64,000 bases of DNA from an uncultured Candidatus Saccharibacteria bacterium (GTDB lineage Bacteria; Patescibacteriota; Saccharimonadia; Saccharimonadales; Saccharimonadaceae). The stretch covers positions 11,034-75,033 of the forward strand of contig CALHQH010000046.1 of NCBI GenBank assembly GCA_938036625.1, written 5' to 3'. The notes below the pieces were generated by a model that had not been told where the DNA came from, made no database searches, and saw nothing but the letters and a program-made list of their open reading frames with translations. The position numbers and the translations under genes were made by a program. Of this stretch, positions 28,591 through 38,476 are shown piece by piece; the first letter of the stretch is position 1, and every line of letters starts with the position of its first letter.

Positions 28591-29119
28591 GAAAACACTC
28601 CATCGCCCAGACGATAGCCACAAAAAGCGAAAAATAAACCGCCTGCCCCACCAGCATAATATAGCGATGCCACGGCTTGGCAAAGAAGTAGCAGCCAAGA
28701 ACAATAGCCTGGCACACCAGAGCGCCACTCGTCACCACCCGCACCACCGGATGAGTATTACTCAGCAGGACAAGCACCTCAATGATCGTTATAACCGGTA
28801 TACAGCCCCAGGCTGCAATGTTATGGACCAAGGTGCGCCGCTGGCTCACGCCAAATGGCACTAATCCCATCACACAAAAATTAAAGCTCACAATAAGAAG
28901 GAGTAACTGCACCGCTCGTGGCAATACCGACTGCACAGCCCACAGCGCAAGGCTCAGGCCAGTCAGTGGCAAGAGGATCTTACCCGCAATCACCGTCCTC
29001 GTCCGCTGCTCAATATGCATACTGAGCGTCTTGCCAAGCTGCGGCGGCACCATCCATAGTGTGTAGACAAGCAGCACAAGCAAACAACCGGCCATTATCC
29101 CAAGCCACACGGGTGTCAT
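28583..29119 (-). CDS. polytopic membrane protein (178 aa), function unknown
   Basis: 5-6 hydrophobic helices. Overlaps at both ends suggest translational coupling. Confidence 0.6.
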   Translation of the reverse strand: MTPVWLGIMAGCLLVLLVYTLWMVPPQLGKTLSMHIEQRTRTVIAGKILLPLTGLSLALWAVQSVLPRAVQLLLLIVSFNFCVMGLVPFGVSQRRTLVHNIAAWGCIPVITIIEVLVLLSNTHPVVRVVTSGALVCQAIVLGCYFFAKPWHRYIMLVGQAVYFSLFVAIVWAMECFHA

Positions 29120-29694
29120 TGCTCCTCCAGTAGCTCCTCAAGCTCGGCCATTGTGCGGCGATTGGCTGTGTGGAGGATGGCGCGCATGCCAGCGGCTTCA
29201 GCCCCAGAGCAGTTGTCCAGCCGGTCGTCGATCATTACACACTGGCCAGGCAGCACGCCGAGCCGATCTGCCGCCAGCTCGAAGGCTTCGCGGCTTGGCT
29301 TGGCAACGTGCTCGGCATACGAGAGCACCACGGCATCAAAGAGCTCGCGCAGCTCATCAGGAGTAAACAGTCGCTCGATTGTATCGCTCCCCACATTGCT
29401 CAGCAACCCCACCTTGATGGCTGGGTAACGCTGGCGCAGCGCGTGGATCATAGCGATCAGCTCGCTATTGCGCACATGCGCCTGCTCAAGCAACGCCGCT
29501 ATCTGGGCTGGCGTCTGCTCCGAGAGCCGCGCCACCTCTGTGATAAACTCCTGCCGCGAGATATAGCCATAGTCCGACTGCTTGTTAATATCCTCTAGCT
29601 CGGCCCGGCGATCCGGCGGGCACTGCGCCATCAGCACCTCGATGCTCCCACCATAGAGCACCCCAAAACAATCAAAAATTACTGCACGAATCAT
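29116..29694 (-). CDS. HAD-superfamily hydrolase
   Basis: MIRAVIFDCFGVLY (DxD-type motif I), LLSN, and IDDRLDN near the C-terminus. TATAAT lies 7 nt upstream of the ATG. Confidence 0.8.
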   Translation of the reverse strand: MIRAVIFDCFGVLYGGSIEVLMAQCPPDRRAELEDINKQSDYGYISRQEFITEVARLSEQTPAQIAALLEQAHVRNSELIAMIHALRQRYPAIKVGLLSNVGSDTIERLFTPDELRELFDAVVLSYAEHVAKPSREAFELAADRLGVLPGQCVMIDDRLDNCSGAEAAGMRAILHTANRRTMAELEELLEEQ

Positions 29695-29929
29695 ACGCTC
29701 GATTATATCATTGGCAATAGAGTGTGGCTAGCATGAGCTCTTCTTCCCTATCACTGTGCCCGATTGAGTATGAAATCAGATTGTCATAATCTCTTTTTAG
29801 CCTAGCACACAAGGCCGACATACAAGCCCGACCTGTATAGTATTCCACTCGATGGAAATATAAAGAAGACACAGTGTAAGATTACCAAGACTCTACTCGT
29901 ACCCTAGACATCAGCCACGCAGCGCCTTT

Positions 29930-30535
29930 TTATTGCGTCTTATCAAACATCGGTGCAAAGCCAGGGATCTGGTTGGCAAAGAGTGCATGAATCTTAGGTA
30001 CATCGGCCTTCATCGAGCCGGGCGAACCTTGGCAGCTCGACGTCCAGATGCGCGTCTTCGTCACGCCGCTGTCCATCGTCTCAAAGGTGTAGAGCCGCCC
30101 AGCAGTGGCACACACTCCACGCACGTCGTCATCATCCACCGTGCGCGTGTCTTGGATCTGCGCCTTGCTGAGGGCATACACGAGCTGCTCATAGGCCTGC
30201 TGGTTGTTCTCAAACTCCTTGCGGTCGAGCTGCTTGTCTAAGTAGCCCTGATACACCGTATACGTCCGCTTATTGGGCGAAATCTCGATCTGGTACGAGC
30301 GGAAGGTCTCATCTGCCACAATTGGCCCACGCACCGTCCAGCGGACACTGTTGGTCGCGTTGTGCGCCACCACTTGGTCGTAGAAGCTCTCGGTCGATTG
30401 CCGTGTATTGGTGTTGTTCGTCTCCTGGCGAGTTGCCACCATACGGATGACCGACGCCACCGCTGCCACCACCAACGAAATCACCAAGATAGTGACAATA
30501 ATCGGAAAAACTTTTGGCCGCTCGCCTTTATACAT
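29930..30535 (-). CDS. N-terminally anchored extracytoplasmic protein, function unknown
   Basis: MYKGERPKVFPIIVTILVISLVVAAVASVI, then a soluble domain containing 2 Cys. Confidence 0.55.
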   Translation of the reverse strand: MYKGERPKVFPIIVTILVISLVVAAVASVIRMVATRQETNNTNTRQSTESFYDQVVAHNATNSVRWTVRGPIVADETFRSYQIEISPNKRTYTVYQGYLDKQLDRKEFENNQQAYEQLVYALSKAQIQDTRTVDDDDVRGVCATAGRLYTFETMDSGVTKTRIWTSSCQGSPGSMKADVPKIHALFANQIPGFAPMFDKTQ

Positions 30536-30733
30536 GGAAATACAGTACCACAAACCCCAAGAAAACTCAACACTTCTGACAGTAATCTAAGCTATAAGAC
30601 ACTTGCCAAGCTACTCCACAGCAAAATACGACTCATTATTCACACCTCGGGTGCTTGGTTCGCTCAAGAGCTATACAACTAGCAATAGCCTATCTCCACG
30701 GCTTCCTCGGATACTCAGCACCGACGCTGCAAG

Positions 30734-31960
30734 CTAGGGCCAGCTAACACGCTGTTCACTACTACCAAGGAGTGTATTGGTCATCTTCGTATTCTTTTGG
30801 AATGGCGTATGTGCGGGTTTCTTGGCAAAGGAACGACGAGACGTCGTCTCAACAAATACATTTGAGTGGTTTTGCGGGGGGTTCTCAGGAGATGGCGCTG
30901 CAGCGAGCTTTTGCTCTTGCATCTGCTGCATCAACTGCATAGCAGGCTCCGACTGCTCAAGACGGCGACCCAGCTCCGCAAGGTTCTTATTCGTCTCGCT
31001 CTCAATATTGCGATCAGAGAAAAAGCTCCCATAGCCGCTGACAAAACGTGCGAGTGATGGGTCAGCTGCTGCAAGCGCATCATATGAAATATCACCATTC
31101 TTGATGCACAGCAAGAACTCCTCTGCTGCAACAGCTCGCACTGCTTCATGCGCTTTGTCGGTATTGAGAATATCGCCATGTGTCTCAGTATTCACTTGGT
31201 CTTTGCCCATCACGTACTCACCAGTGTCACCCACGCCAGCTTCCAGCACTTCTGTAGTAACGCGGGTTTTTATGCGCTGTTTGACGTCACCATCATGCAT
31301 ATCAAGATGCTCGTCAATGCCAAGCTTTTCAAACTGCTGCTGCACCTTGGTCTCGGTCGTGCCTACTTGATTGTAGAATTTCCCTTTCTGGTTGACATGG
31401 ATCGAGTCGCCCAGGCCATCGATCACATCAAGCGCCGCAAGCCGCGAGTCACCCTCCCCAGCCAAACGATCGGCTGTCGATGCATCAAGCTGATTATACA
31501 CCTTGCGTGCACTCGTCCGGCGGCCATTTAGCAAGTGATCTCCCTCGTCCTTAGGAGTAAGTGGCTCATATTGCTCATCCGGCAAAACACTATCCTTCTC
31601 TGCCTCATCAGGTTCGTCAGTCTTACTCACATCCCCGTAGAAGCGATTTATTGCCATCTCATCAGGATTCTCTCGCTTATGGACTTGGGGAGTGCTATAC
31701 AGCGCACCCACCTGCGCGGCAAGGTTATCCATCCGCGGGTCGCTATTCTTTGGCGTGATGGCGTTATCTGTTTTGTCGAAGGTAGTGCTGCTGAGCGCGC
31801 TGTTGCCGCCAAGGCCGGCGTAGAGACTATTAACGGCAGCTTCATTTTCGGCTTGTTGCTGCATGGCTGTTTTGTCATATCCTTTGCGGCGCGGCTTCAT
31901 CTCGAGCGTCGCTCGCTGATCTGGGCTCAAATCTCTACCGTTTGGTGGCATTAAGGTCAT
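30734..31960 (-). CDS. hypothetical acidic protein (408 aa)
   Basis: Intact ORF. No TM helix, no motif recognised. Confidence 0.55.
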   Translation of the reverse strand: MTLMPPNGRDLSPDQRATLEMKPRRKGYDKTAMQQQAENEAAVNSLYAGLGGNSALSSTTFDKTDNAITPKNSDPRMDNLAAQVGALYSTPQVHKRENPDEMAINRFYGDVSKTDEPDEAEKDSVLPDEQYEPLTPKDEGDHLLNGRRTSARKVYNQLDASTADRLAGEGDSRLAALDVIDGLGDSIHVNQKGKFYNQVGTTETKVQQQFEKLGIDEHLDMHDGDVKQRIKTRVTTEVLEAGVGDTGEYVMGKDQVNTETHGDILNTDKAHEAVRAVAAEEFLLCIKNGDISYDALAAADPSLARFVSGYGSFFSDRNIESETNKNLAELGRRLEQSEPAMQLMQQMQEQKLAAAPSPENPPQNHSNVFVETTSRRSFAKKPAHTPFQKNTKMTNTLLGSSEQRVSWP

Positions 31961-32106
31961 AAGGGGTATCTCCGTGAGTGTATTGTTATTCGTTTGTTAC
32001 ACAATAGAACCTCCCGCAAGAAAAGTCAAGCCAGCATAGCCTAGCGCTTTTTATACCGAGCCACTGTGCGCATACAGAGCGGGAGAGTAGATGTGTAGTC
32101 CGTCCG

Positions 32107-32907
32107 CTAGGCCGCGCGGACAAGTGTGTCTTTGTCATCATGGCGAGCAGGATCATGCTGAGTTTTACTCGCACCCGCTTGGGCAGCATCTTTACTACCC
32201 CACTCATTCAAATACACTGTTGGTTCGCTGTTTGCTGCGTGAGGGCTGAGTATTTTGCCCGTTACAATTCGTGATTCATCACCGTAGCAATCGATATGAT
32301 ACACTGCCTCACCACCCTGCTCTGCCTCTGTAGTCACGACGATACGTGCATCGGCCGCTGCGGGCAAGATGCCCATTTCAGCCAGCTTCTCATGTGTCTC
32401 TGTCGTATATTGGTATGCATTGATCACTCGCACCTCATACGGCTCACCACCCACATCACAGCAGACCACTCGCCAATCGGCCAGATCCATCGAGCCAAAC
32501 CGAGAGTGGTCAATTGCAACCATATCCCCCTGTGGACTATGCAAAAAGCCAAAAGTCGGCACTGTTTTTTGCTCTAGCTTTTGCAGCGCAGCGCAGGTCT
32601 CTTCCACAGACAGGTTTTGTGCATAAATCTCAGCCCGTCTTGCTTCTCGCAAGAGATGCTCAACCTTTGCCTCCTGCTGCGCGCGCCGCTCCATCTCCGC
32701 CTCAGTCAGGGGCTGCAGCTCACCACTCGCCTGGGCCGCTTCGATGATAGCACTGCGCATAGCGTCGTAGCTAGTGGGAAGTTGCTCGGGGGTGTAGTGG
32801 TCTACGCTATCAACGTACTCCGGTAGCTCATTTGGGTTAGGCAGCTCAACGCCAGCCCGCTCTTCACCATTAGAAAATGATGGATATACTGCTTTGCCTT
32901 GTGCCAT
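32107..32907 (-). CDS. hypothetical acidic protein (266 aa)
   Basis: ATG 32907 is preceded by AGAGG. TAGACA-N17-TATAAT lies upstream on the minus strand. Confidence 0.55.
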   Translation of the reverse strand: MAQGKAVYPSFSNGEERAGVELPNPNELPEYVDSVDHYTPEQLPTSYDAMRSAIIEAAQASGELQPLTEAEMERRAQQEAKVEHLLREARRAEIYAQNLSVEETCAALQKLEQKTVPTFGFLHSPQGDMVAIDHSRFGSMDLADWRVVCCDVGGEPYEVRVINAYQYTTETHEKLAEMGILPAAADARIVVTTEAEQGGEAVYHIDCYGDESRIVTGKILSPHAANSEPTVYLNEWGSKDAAQAGASKTQHDPARHDDKDTLVRAA

Positions 32908-33001
32908 GCCCAACCTCTATTCTGCTTTGCTTGTGATGGCCCAGATTATACACCACTCTCGATACTTTGTCTATAGTCTGACCTCTGTTCGGTCGGTGTT
33001 C

Positions 33002-35569
33002 TTAGACTGCTCCCCAATTATCACCCATCGAAACGTCGACCTTGAGCTTAACGCCAAGCTGCGGGTAGATATTTTCCATCGTCTCGCGTAGGATGTGGCT
33101 CACCTGCTCGGCATGGGCGCGCGGGCACTCGACCATAATACTATCGTGGATCTGCACCACCTGCCAACCGATCGGCTGGCCATCGCCATCGGCCAGCTGC
33201 TCTCCAGCCAGGGCCAGCTTGTCTTCCACCGCTAGCATGGCAAGCTTCATGAGGTCGGCCTCGGTGCCTTGGATGGGCATATTGGCAGCAGCGCGCTCGG
33301 CAGCACTGCGCACCGCAAAGTTGCGCGATGCAACATCCGGCGTCCAGCGGCGGCGACCAAACAGCGTCTGGACAAAGCCCGCATCATGCGCTTGCTGGAT
33401 AGTCTGCGCCATATAGGCCTTGAGCTTAGGCCGAAGGCGGTAGTATTCATCGATGAAGTGCTGCGCCTCGGCATAACTCATCTGCGCGGCAGCGGCCAGG
33501 CCATGCTGGCTCATCCCATAGAGCACCCCAAAATTCACCACCTTGGCTCGGCGGCGCTGCTCCTTCGTCACGACATCGAGTGGTACCCCATACACCTGGG
33601 CGGCCGTGTTCGCGTGGATATCGATATCGGTATTAAAATCGCGAATCATCGCCTCCTCCCCCGACAGCACCGCCGCCAGGCGCAGCTCAAACTGCGAATA
33701 GTCGGCATTGACAAATACATTACCCGGCGCTGGCACAAAGGCATCGCGAACGTGCCGCCCCAGCTCGCTGCGAATCGGGATGTTTTGCAAATTTGGGTCG
33801 GTACTACTGAGCCGGCCCGTCGCCACCACATCTTGGTTGAAAGTAGTGTGGATATAGCCTGCGTCGTCGGTTAGCTGCGGCAGCGCTTCGACATACGTGT
33901 TTTGCAGCTTCGTCAGCTCGCGGTAGCGCTCCACTAGCCCAATAATCGGGTGATGCGGCCGGAGCTTATCCAGCTCCTTCTGGCCAGTCGAGTAACCCGT
34001 CTTGCCCTTCTTAATGCCCGCTGTTGGCAGCTGAAGCTTGACAAAGAGTGCCTCGGCTAGCTGGGCCGGGCTGCCAATATTAAGCTCATACCCCACCATG
34101 CCATAAATCTGCTGCTGCAGCTCGGCGATCTCGCTACTCAAGGTGCGCTGCATCGCCGCAAGCGTGCGGCTATCAAGCCGGATACCGCGCCACTCCATCC
34201 GCGCCAGCACAGGGATGAGCGGAAAGTCCATCGTCCGAGCCACCCGGGCAAGCTCGGGCAGCGCATCGAGTGCCTGAGCTTGCTCATCGTACACTGCCCA
34301 CAGCGCACTAATAGCAAGGCGTGGGTCATCAAGCGACTCCAGCCCCGCAAGATGAGCCAGCGCCCGCGACGTGCGCAGGGGATTAAGCAAAAACGACCCC
34401 TGGGCAGTATCGTGCTTCACGACTGGCAGCTGCCGCACGCCACGAGCCAGTAAGTGGCGTAATAATTCCTTAGTGCGGTGCCCAACGATCGGCACATGCG
34501 GGATAACGTCAATCGCATCACGCCAGTTCAGGCGGGCTGCCTTACCTCGCTCGTGGCTCACCCAGACGCCGCCCTCGACTGGCCAGACCAGCAGCTCTTT
34601 GGCCATCAGGAAGAGCGCCTTAGCCTGGTGAGCAGGCAGCTCGGTGGCATGCTGCACCACTGGTACATCGGGCGGCTGGGTGCTCTCTGCCGCCTGCATC
34701 TGTGGCGGGAGTTGGCGCAGCAAACTACGAAACTCCAGCCGCTGCAACATCGCCCGCACCGCCGCTGGGTCGCAGTTATCCATTGCCATCGCTGCTCGGT
34801 CAAGCGTCACCGGTGCATCGGTATATAGCCGGGCCAGCTCGCGGCTCATATAGGCCGAATCTTTGCCCTGCTCCAGCTTGCGCCGCAGCGTATCCTTGAC
34901 CTGCCAGAGGTTGTCGTAGAGGTTGTCAAGCGTGTCGAATTGCTGCAGCAGTTTAACCGCCGTCTTCTCTCCCACGCCTGGCACGCCCGGGATATTATCC
35001 GACGCATCGCCCTTGAGGCTCTTGAAGTCGAGGAACTGGCCAATCCGAATGCCATAGCGCTGCTCGAAGGCGGGGATGTCGAATTTATCGATGTTGGTCA
35101 AGCCTTTCTTCAGGGCGTAGAGGTAGGTATTTTGGTCGAGTATTTGCAAGGCATCAAGGTCGCTCGTGATGAGATACGTCTCAATATCCCCCTCCTGCTC
35201 AGCCTGGGCATCGAGCGTCGCCATAATATCGTCCGCCTCATAATCATCAAACTCATACAGCGGCCAGCCAAACGCCTGCAAAAGCTCGTGGAGTAGTGGT
35301 ATCTGGGCGTAAAAATCTGGCGGAGCCGGCTTGCGACCAGCCTTGTATTGGTCGTAGATGGCAAGACGCCGGCGGATGTTTGTCTTGGGTTTATCCCACG
35401 CCACGCACACGTAGTCTGGCTGGAGGCGCTTGATCAGCTCCAGGCTCAGCGCCGCAAAGCCATACACCCCACCGGTTGGTGTGCCATCAGCCGTCGAGAG
35501 GTTGGGCATGGCATAGTACCCACGGTAGAACACACTTTTGCCATCGATAATCACTAGGCGCTTCATCAT
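33002..35569 (-). CDS. polA: DNA polymerase I (5'-3' exonuclease domain plus Klenow-like polymerase)
   Basis: MMKRLVIIDGKSVFYRGYYA.., ..DNIPGVPGVGEKTA.., ..RRRAKVVNFGVLYGMS.., ..QIHDSIMVE. Confidence 0.95.
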   Translation of the reverse strand: MMKRLVIIDGKSVFYRGYYAMPNLSTADGTPTGGVYGFAALSLELIKRLQPDYVCVAWDKPKTNIRRRLAIYDQYKAGRKPAPPDFYAQIPLLHELLQAFGWPLYEFDDYEADDIMATLDAQAEQEGDIETYLITSDLDALQILDQNTYLYALKKGLTNIDKFDIPAFEQRYGIRIGQFLDFKSLKGDASDNIPGVPGVGEKTAVKLLQQFDTLDNLYDNLWQVKDTLRRKLEQGKDSAYMSRELARLYTDAPVTLDRAAMAMDNCDPAAVRAMLQRLEFRSLLRQLPPQMQAAESTQPPDVPVVQHATELPAHQAKALFLMAKELLVWPVEGGVWVSHERGKAARLNWRDAIDVIPHVPIVGHRTKELLRHLLARGVRQLPVVKHDTAQGSFLLNPLRTSRALAHLAGLESLDDPRLAISALWAVYDEQAQALDALPELARVARTMDFPLIPVLARMEWRGIRLDSRTLAAMQRTLSSEIAELQQQIYGMVGYELNIGSPAQLAEALFVKLQLPTAGIKKGKTGYSTGQKELDKLRPHHPIIGLVERYRELTKLQNTYVEALPQLTDDAGYIHTTFNQDVVATGRLSSTDPNLQNIPIRSELGRHVRDAFVPAPGNVFVNADYSQFELRLAAVLSGEEAMIRDFNTDIDIHANTAAQVYGVPLDVVTKEQRRRAKVVNFGVLYGMSQHGLAAAAQMSYAEAQHFIDEYYRLRPKLKAYMAQTIQQAHDAGFVQTLFGRRRWTPDVASRNFAVRSAAERAAANMPIQGTEADLMKLAMLAVEDKLALAGEQLADGDGQPIGWQVVQIHDSIMVECPRAHAEQVSHILRETMENIYPQLGVKLKVDVSMGDNWGAV

Positions 35570-35575
35570 AGTTCT

Positions 35576-35581
35576 AGTATA
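35576..35581 (-). promoter_or_regulatory. -10 box TATACT, 6 nt upstream of the polA ATG
   Basis: Minus strand reads TGcTATACT agaact ATGATG. Confidence 0.5.
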
Positions 35582-35642
35582 GCATTGGTGCGGTGCGGAA
35601 ACATCCTCGCGCGGCACCTCTACCCTGCTCCCTGCCCTCCAG

Positions 35643-36899
35643 TTATAGCGTAGGTTGAGCGCGCTGGCGCCGGCGACGCCACCACCATACCAGCCAGCCA
35701 GCTAGTGCGATAAGCAGTAAGCATAGGCTCAGCAGCAGTGCCGGCACAAAGTTGCTCATCAGCTCAGCCAGTGGACCCTGCGCAGCAAACGCACCCTTTT
35801 TCTTCTTCACCGTCATCCGTTTGGTGCCCGGCTTTTTATCTTTCTTGTCGTCCTTTTTCTCTGGTGGAGTAGCCGGTGGTTTTTCGCCAGTGGTTGGAGT
35901 ACCGCTTTGGTATATCTTGACATAGTCGATAAGGAAGGTTTGGTTGGCAAACTTCTTCGATGAGTCGGGCGGGTGTTCCTCACTCTTCCACTCCACATAA
36001 TCGTTGAGAATGACATACCACGTATCGTCAAAGACCTGCTTGAATTGATTCGCATCCATGCCCATTTTTGCTGGTTTTTCTGCCGGAACTCGAGTGGTTG
36101 GATGACTTTTCTCATCGCCCGCTCGATAGTTATACACCAGCACCGGCTGGTTATCAACAAAGAATCTGACCGTCTCACCATCGTATTCCGTCGCCCAGAC
36201 ATGCCAGTTGTTCGCCAATGTCACTGGGGATGGTATGAGGTTCTCTCGGCTATGCCCTAACCCCTTCGTCTTCCATATCTGCGATGATGGGCTGTGGTAG
36301 CAGCGAATATGCGTCGTCGACCATGTGTAGGTCGGTGTCCATGAATACCACTCTAGCATGTCGAGCTCACCATAGGGGTCATTCGCTTGCTTGTTGTTGC
36401 TACAGTTGGCAAGCGTCACACTATTGCGCAGCCAAATAGCTGGGCGCGTCCCATTCTCGCCATTCCAATTAATCTTCGCTCGTACCTCCACACGGAATGG
36501 TTTATGCCCATCGAGCACCCGACCCGACTCTACTCGCCCACTCTGGTAGCGTGTCATCTTGCCAGACGGGCACGGCTCTTGGCTGGCGTTGCTATCGCCC
36601 AGTGGCTCAGCCACACTCGACACACAGTGACGCCGGGTCGTAATCTGCAAAGCGCCATTAGTCACTGCAACATTGTTGGCGCTATATGCCAAATGCTCCT
36701 TGCCATAATTATCTTTATTTTGCTGAAGAACCTTCCAATTCGATAGTGACGTCGTAAACTCCTCGTTATACACCATCTGCCACTGCTGCGCCTGGGCAGC
36801 CCCACCAAACATCACCGACAGAGCACCCGCAACAAGGACACCCACTACTCCATACACCAGCCCACCTTGTCGCTGCACTCCTATCTCCTCAGTCTGCAC
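35643..36899 (-). CDS. glycoside hydrolase family 16 (beta-glucanase-like) surface enzyme with K/D/P-rich linker and C-terminal TM anchor
   Basis: Signal-like N-terminus. RPAIWLRN and the catalytic-type motif GELDMLEW (E-x-D-x-x-E). C-terminus is PPEKKDDKKDKKPG..LLLIALAGWLVWWWRRRRQR. Confidence 0.7.
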   Translation of the reverse strand: MQTEEIGVQRQGGLVYGVVGVLVAGALSVMFGGAAQAQQWQMVYNEEFTTSLSNWKVLQQNKDNYGKEHLAYSANNVAVTNGALQITTRRHCVSSVAEPLGDSNASQEPCPSGKMTRYQSGRVESGRVLDGHKPFRVEVRAKINWNGENGTRPAIWLRNSVTLANCSNNKQANDPYGELDMLEWYSWTPTYTWSTTHIRCYHSPSSQIWKTKGLGHSRENLIPSPVTLANNWHVWATEYDGETVRFFVDNQPVLVYNYRAGDEKSHPTTRVPAEKPAKMGMDANQFKQVFDDTWYVILNDYVEWKSEEHPPDSSKKFANQTFLIDYVKIYQSGTPTTGEKPPATPPEKKDDKKDKKPGTKRMTVKKKKGAFAAQGPLAELMSNFVPALLLSLCLLLIALAGWLVWWWRRRRQRAQPTL

Positions 36900-37048
36900 T
36901 ATCCGCGCTTATATACGTTATTATATAAGTGTACACGTTTTGTCGGATTTTTCAATTGTTATAGCATGAGCGGTGTCTTGCAGGATAAAACACGGCGTTG
37001 CGTCGCAAGGCACACCACACCCACATCGCCGCACCTCTACCACTCAAT

Positions 37049-37086
37049 AGCACCCCTTGCTACGTGCTAAGAGGGGTGCTATTTTG
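37049..37086. terminator. 9-bp stem hairpin between the WhiB-like gene and the GH16 gene
   Basis: AGCACCCCT pairs with AGGGGTGCT. The T-run is on the plus strand only, so the direction of function is uncertain. Confidence 0.35.
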
Positions 37087-37130
37087 CTATAAAACGTATT
37101 GTTTGTGCGAGTGTATAGGTTGGTGTTTTA

Positions 37131-37577
37131 TCACAGACCGTCTGAGATTTGGGCTTTTTTGACTTGCCCTGCCCACCGACGCGCTGCTTCGCGCTGTCTC
37201 TTCGTTGTGCCACCAACAATCAAACTATCATCATCCTGCTCGCCCCTCATCGTGCGACCTAACTGACTTGCTAGACACTCATACTGCACCGAGCACATAC
37301 TACACACCTGCTTTGCAAACTGTGCTCGCCGAGCGATATCGGCCTTCCGAGAATACTCTGGTTTGTTTGCATCAGGGCTGGGAACATCGAGGTCAAAGTA
37401 AAATGGGCCTTTTGAGCCACACGCCGCTAAGGCAATCCACTCCGACATATCTGGTACTTTCTTTCCCCGGAGCAGCTGCTCTGCAACATATCGCGCAGGG
37501 CTTACACCATCGCTCTTCATTCGTTCTCGCATTGCCTGTGTGGCAGGTGTTGGCTTTCTTGGTTGTTCGCGTTTCAT
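37131..37577 (-). CDS. WhiB-like (Wbl) Fe-S transcription factor-like protein
   Basis: EWIALAAC..FYFD..AKQVCSMCSVQYEC..LIVGGTTKRQRE. This gives four Cys in the C-Xn-C-X2-C-X5-C arrangement plus a G[VI]WGG-like turn. Confidence 0.6.
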   Translation of the reverse strand: MKREQPRKPTPATQAMRERMKSDGVSPARYVAEQLLRGKKVPDMSEWIALAACGSKGPFYFDLDVPSPDANKPEYSRKADIARRAQFAKQVCSMCSVQYECLASQLGRTMRGEQDDDSLIVGGTTKRQREAARRWAGQVKKAQISDGL

Positions 37578-37693
37578 AGATGTTTACTCTTTTGCTATAA
37601 AAATAACGTTAGCTTCTGCATTATTCCACACGCCTGTTATTTTGCCAAGCATAAGCAGAGTAGTGCGCTGCTTATCACCCTACCCCCCATTGC

Positions 37694-38410
37694 TCAGCGC
37701 CGCCGGACGTGCCGCCGCTTGGGTTTGGGTGCGCCCCACTGTTGGCGGTCGGCCTTGGCTGTACCACCCCGTATATTGCCAGTAGGAATGATACGCTGGT
37801 ACCCCCGCAGCGCAAAGAGCAAGCACTCGGCCGCTACTGGGCACTCAGCACAGTCTTCGCGCCGCTCGGGCTCTAGCCGCTGCCCTGTCTCAGCATCGAT
37901 ACACAGTGCCAAGCGAGCAAAAGCCTGCGGCGTGGGAATGTGCCCAATATGCCGCCGCTCGGCCATACACTGCTCTGCCCAGGCAATGCGTGCCCGAGGC
38001 GTGTCATTAGCATGAACAGCGTGGTGCATAGCACCCGTGAGCATCGTGGACTGGCTCGGAAGGTCCACCGGTACGGATTCGTCCGTTAGTTGCTCCCGCT
38101 GCTTCGCTGTGAGGCCAGCACAGATCCCCGACACTCCTTCTCTCACCGCATATGCCGCACACACATCAATCACCGCACAACCAATGCAGCGCCGCAGCGC
38201 CAGTGCCGTGTCTTCTGGCTTGCCACTAAAATATTCTTCACTTGTGGCCGGGCTGCAGGCAGCATCGCGCATCCATTGCGGTGGGAGTGCCGCTCCCCTT
38301 TGCTGCCGCACGCGTATCCGCAAATAGAAGATACGCAACGCAAGGTCAGTTGGTGCGTAGCGTGGGAGTCGCTCTGGTCGTGATGGCTGTGCAGCTGGCT
38401 GCTCTTCCAT
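37694..38410 (-). CDS. protein with two tandem WhiB-like domains
   Basis: Domain 1: WMRDAAC..RRCIGCAVIDVC..GICAGLTAKQRE. Domain 2: LALC..EDCAECPVAAEC..GNIRGGTAKADR. Start moved to ATG 38410 (AAGGA RBS) because the ORF-track start overlaps the divergent gene and its promoter. Confidence 0.6.
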   Translation of the reverse strand: MEEQPAAQPSRPERLPRYAPTDLALRIFYLRIRVRQQRGAALPPQWMRDAACSPATSEEYFSGKPEDTALALRRCIGCAVIDVCAAYAVREGVSGICAGLTAKQREQLTDESVPVDLPSQSTMLTGAMHHAVHANDTPRARIAWAEQCMAERRHIGHIPTPQAFARLALCIDAETGQRLEPERREDCAECPVAAECLLFALRGYQRIIPTGNIRGGTAKADRQQWGAPKPKRRHVRRR

Positions 38411-38464
38411 ACTATCCTTATTGTACCATTCCCCGCGCCGCCAACCATAAGCGTCATCATCTGC

Positions 38465-38470
38465 TATACT
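38465..38470 (+). promoter_or_regulatory. -10 box TATACT, 6 nt upstream of ATG 38477
   Basis: Plus strand reads TATACT agaaac ATG. Confidence 0.5.
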
Positions 38471-38476
38471 AGAAAC

